This document shows, piece after piece, positions 61,351 through 64,000 of a DNA stretch of 64,000 nucleotides. Positions within the stretch are counted from its first letter, which is position 1. Every line of letters begins with the position of its first letter. A program made the translations under genes and the position numbers. Source of the stretch: Gemmatimonadales bacterium (GTDB lineage Bacteria > Gemmatimonadota > Gemmatimonadetes > Gemmatimonadales > GWC2-71-9); assembly GCA_035553475.1 (NCBI GenBank), contig DATNDQ010000054.1, positions 6,478 to 70,477 of the forward strand, given 5' to 3'. The notes below the pieces were generated by a model, which saw only the letters and a list, made by a program, of their open reading frames with translations, was not told the origin of the DNA and made no database searches.

Positions 61351-62877
61351 ATGGTCTTCGAGCCTCCCGAGCGGTTCAATATCGCCGACTACTTTCTTGG
61401 AGCCCGGATTGCCGAGGGACTCGGGGCGCGGCCGGCGCTGCTGACGGATCAGGGAACGTACACGTATGCGGAAGTCGACCGTCTGGCGAGCCGGTTCGCG
61501 CACCTCTTGCGCGAGGCTCAGGTCTCCCCCGAGCAACGGGTGATCATCGCGCTTCCAGACGGTCCGGCATTTGTGGGTGCGCTGTTCGGCATCCTCAAGA
61601 TTGGCGCCGTGGTAGTGATGGTCAACCCGCAGTTGCCACCGGAGCAGATCGCCTACTTCTACGACTACACGCGCGCCACCGCGGCCCTGGTCGCGGGACC
61701 CTCGGCGCCGGCCTTCGTGGCGGCGGCCTCGGGCGCACGCTCCTTGAAGAGCGTCCTGCGAGTGGATGCGCCCGACGTGACGCGCCGCCTGGATGCGCTC
61801 TCCGATTCGATCGCCACCTTCCCGACGCACCGGGATGACCCCGCCATCTGGCTTTTCTCTGGTGGGACGACCGGCCAGCCCAAGGCGGTGGTGCAGACTC
61901 ACGGGTCGTACGCCAACACGACCGAGTGCTACGCCAAGAACACGGTGGGATACCGCGCCGACGACATCACGGTGTCCGTCCCGAAGCTCTTCTTTGGCTA
62001 CGCCATGGGCGCCAACCTGTTCTTTCCATTCTCGGTGGGCGCCCGGGCCATTCTGTTCGAAGAACCGTCCACGCCGGAGGCCCTCTTCGCCCGCATCGCG
62101 AAACACCGGCCCACGGTGCTGATCAACGTTCCGACGATGGTGAACCGGATGGTCAGTCACCCGGACGCGTCCACGCAAGATCTCTCGAGTCTGCGATTCG
62201 CGACGTCCGCCGGGGAGGCGCTGCCGGTGGAGCTCTACCACCGCTGGAAGGAGACCTTCGGCGTGGAGCTCCTCGACGGACTCGGGACTGCGGAGATGTG
62301 GCACATTTTCCTGACCAATCGCATCGGGGGAGTGAAGCCGGGGACGCTTGGGCAGGTGGTGGCGGGGTTCGAAGTGAAGGCAGCCGACGATGGCGGCACG
62401 GAGGTCCCGACCGGCGAGGTGGGTCTCCTCTGGGTCCGCGGGAATTCACAAGGCCTGGGGTATTGGCAGCTGCAGGAGAAAACGCGGCGCACGTTTCGCG
62501 GCGACTGGGTGGTGTGTGGTGACCTCGTCTCGCGCGACGCCGACGGGTACTTCACGCACCATGGGCGGGCCGACGAAATGCTCAAGGTGTCGGGGAAATG
62601 GCTCTCTCCCCAGGAGGTCGAGGGCTGTCTCCTGCAGCACCCGGCCGTTCGCGAGGCGGCGGTCGTCGGCATCACGGGTGACGGCGGCCTCGTCAAACCC
62701 CACGCCTTCGTCGTCACGCTCGACCGCCGGGCCGATCTCGCGGAAGAGTTGAAGGCGTTCGTCCGCGAACGCCTCGAGCCCTTCAAAGCCCCACGCGAAA
62801 TCTCGTTTGTCGACGCACTTCCACGGACGCACCTGGGCAAGGTTGATCGCGGCCGGCTGCGGCGGGGGGCCGCCTGA
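61351..62877 (+). CDS. aryl-CoA ligase of the benzoate/2-aminobenzoate-CoA ligase family
   Basis: The ATG at 61351 within ORF 61252..62877 gives MVFEPPERFNIADYF. FSGGTTGQPKAV is the AMP-binding motif I. GEVGLLWVRG, GDWVVCGDLVSRDADGYFTHHGRADEMLKVSGKWLSP and PRTHLGKVDR follow. Confidence 0.85.
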   Translation: MVFEPPERFNIADYFLGARIAEGLGARPALLTDQGTYTYAEVDRLASRFAHLLREAQVSPEQRVIIALPDGPAFVGALFGILKIGAVVVMVNPQLPPEQIAYFYDYTRATAALVAGPSAPAFVAAASGARSLKSVLRVDAPDVTRRLDALSDSIATFPTHRDDPAIWLFSGGTTGQPKAVVQTHGSYANTTECYAKNTVGYRADDITVSVPKLFFGYAMGANLFFPFSVGARAILFEEPSTPEALFARIAKHRPTVLINVPTMVNRMVSHPDASTQDLSSLRFATSAGEALPVELYHRWKETFGVELLDGLGTAEMWHIFLTNRIGGVKPGTLGQVVAGFEVKAADDGGTEVPTGEVGLLWVRGNSQGLGYWQLQEKTRRTFRGDWVVCGDLVSRDADGYFTHHGRADEMLKVSGKWLSPQEVEGCLLQHPAVREAAVVGITGDGGLVKPHAFVVTLDRRADLAEELKAFVRERLEPFKAPREISFVDALPRTHLGKVDRGRLRRGAA

Positions 62878-62888
62878 GCGGATTCCCG

Positions 62889-63815
62889 GTGTTCGTTGCC
62901 GCCGAGCTGCGGGAATTGCTGGACCCGTCACGTCTCGAAGGACTCGACGTCACCTGGGTACGTGCCGACGAACCGACGCCGGAGGGAGAGTTCGTCGCCG
63001 CCGTACCGCTCCTCTCGCGCTGGATGGGGGGCACGGAGTTCAAAAGACTCCCGAAGCTCCGCATCGTCGCGAATTGCGCGGTCGGGTACAACAACGTTGA
63101 TCTGGTCGCCGCCGAGATGCGGCGGATCGTCGTCACCAACACGCCGGACGTGCTGACCGCGGCGACCGCCGACCTCACGTGGGCGCTGATTCTTGCCTGC
63201 GCGCGCCGGCTGCTCGCGGGCGTGGACATGGTGAAGACGGGGAATTGGACCGGATGGCACCCGCAAATGCTCCTGGGCCTCGAGCTCGAAGGCGCGACGC
63301 TGGGGATCGTGGGCGCTGGGCGAATCGGACAGGCGGTAGGGAAGCGGGCGTTGGGGTTCGGCATGCGGATCAAATACGCGTCCCGGACACCGAAACCGGA
63401 GTTCGAACGGGCGACCGGCGCGAGTCGTCTGGAGCTGAAGCCGCTCCTGCGGGAGAGCGACGTAGTGACGCTGCATGTTCCGAAGACCCCGGAGACGCAG
63501 GGAATGATCAATACCGACACCCTGGCCCTGATGAAGCCGGGCGCGATCCTGATCAACACGTCGCGGGGCGATCTGGTGCGGGAAGAAGCGGTCGCCGTCG
63601 CACTCGAGGAGGGCCGGCTGGGCGCGGCCGGACTGGATGTGTTCACCGACGAGCCCGACATCCATTCCCGTCTCCGGGCCGCGCCCCGGACGGTGCTCCT
63701 CCCGCACATCGGATCGGCGACCCTGCCCACCCGGCGGAAAATGGCCGAGACGGCCGTGGCCAACGTCCAGGCCGTGCTCGCGGGGGCTCCGCCGTTGACC
63801 CCGGTGGTGCCCTAG
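62889..63815 (+). CDS. D-isomer-specific 2-hydroxyacid dehydrogenase (glyoxylate/hydroxypyruvate reductase-like)
   Basis: The 308-aa ORF has GIVGAGRIGQAVGKRA (NAD-binding), INTSRGDLV and LPHIGSAT, the catalytic His region. Confidence 0.85.
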   Translation: MFVAAELRELLDPSRLEGLDVTWVRADEPTPEGEFVAAVPLLSRWMGGTEFKRLPKLRIVANCAVGYNNVDLVAAEMRRIVVTNTPDVLTAATADLTWALILACARRLLAGVDMVKTGNWTGWHPQMLLGLELEGATLGIVGAGRIGQAVGKRALGFGMRIKYASRTPKPEFERATGASRLELKPLLRESDVVTLHVPKTPETQGMINTDTLALMKPGAILINTSRGDLVREEAVAVALEEGRLGAAGLDVFTDEPDIHSRLRAAPRTVLLPHIGSATLPTRRKMAETAVANVQAVLAGAPPLTPVVP

Positions 63816-63833
63816 TTACCTTTCAAGCTCGGA

Positions 63834-64000
63834 ATGACCCCCACACAAGATCGCAGCATTCTCCTCGACGCCCGTGCCTTTGCGCGGGCGCTTCAGCGTA
63901 TGGCGGTCGAGATTCTGGAGCTCGCACCCGCCGCCGATCAGCTGGTCCTGATCGGTATTCAGCGTCGCGGTGTGGAGCTGGCCGAGCGGCTGGCCCAGAC
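63834..64000 (+). CDS. pyrR: PyrR (pyrimidine operon regulator / uracil phosphoribosyltransferase), N-terminal fragment
   Basis: My own translation from the ATG at 63834 is MTPTQDRSILLDARAFARALQRMAVEILELAPAADQLVLIGIQRRGVELAERLAQ. This matches the typical PyrR N-terminus pattern (ILD...I.RAL.R.A.EI.E......L.L.GI..RGV.LA.RL). The gene runs off the window end. Confidence 0.72.
   Translation, partial: MTPTQDRSILLDARAFARALQRMAVEILELAPAADQLVLIGIQRRGVELAERLAQ

Overview
This is a GC-rich chromosomal segment, densely packed with about 65 protein genes plus two tRNA-Ser genes and one cobalamin riboswitch. I saw no CRISPR array, rRNA, transposase or integrase. Gene content (TonB-dependent receptor, T9SS/FlgD-like sorting domain, OM beta-barrels, lipoproteins) suggests a diderm of the FCB/Gemmatimonadota type; that placement is inference only.

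Most genes are housekeeping:
- Translation and RNA: asnS, argS, miaB, tadA, nusB, selB.
- Nucleotide and cofactor metabolism: mazG, deoB-cdd, purM, ribD-ribE-ribBA-ribH, metK-ahcY, start of pyrR.
- Other core functions: alr, fbp, clpB, recO, comEC.

Larger modules:
- A complete hprK + mannose-family PTS IIA-IIB-IIC-IID + ptsH + ptsI block.
- A cobalamin riboswitch with its own terminator, followed by btuF-btuC-btuD-btuB and a beta-propeller-like lipoprotein.
- Tryptophan 2,3-dioxygenase plus a kynureninase-like gene, a few kb from a 2-aminobenzoyl-CoA / salicylyl-CoA type catabolic cluster (fused monooxygenase/reductase, acyl-CoA dehydrogenase, enoyl-CoA hydratase, RidA, SDR, creatininase-family hydrolase, aryl-CoA ligase).

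The most unusual signal is non-coding. Each tRNA-Ser gene is directly preceded by four head-to-tail 8-mers of the palindrome AGACGTCT, which is the textbook MetJ met-box consensus. Degenerate arrays lie further upstream, inside a duplicated, very CTAG-dense unit.

Other oddities:
- A 25-nt identical, in-frame heptamer-repeat tract is shared by mazG and ribE.
- Four-nt GTGA/ATGA start-stop overlaps occur at most gene junctions.
- A low-GC islet encodes a protein that is little more than a signal peptide plus a sorting domain.

The many long ORFs antisense to these genes are GC-driven shadow ORFs and were rejected. All product calls come from reading the supplied translations for family motifs. 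No database search was run.
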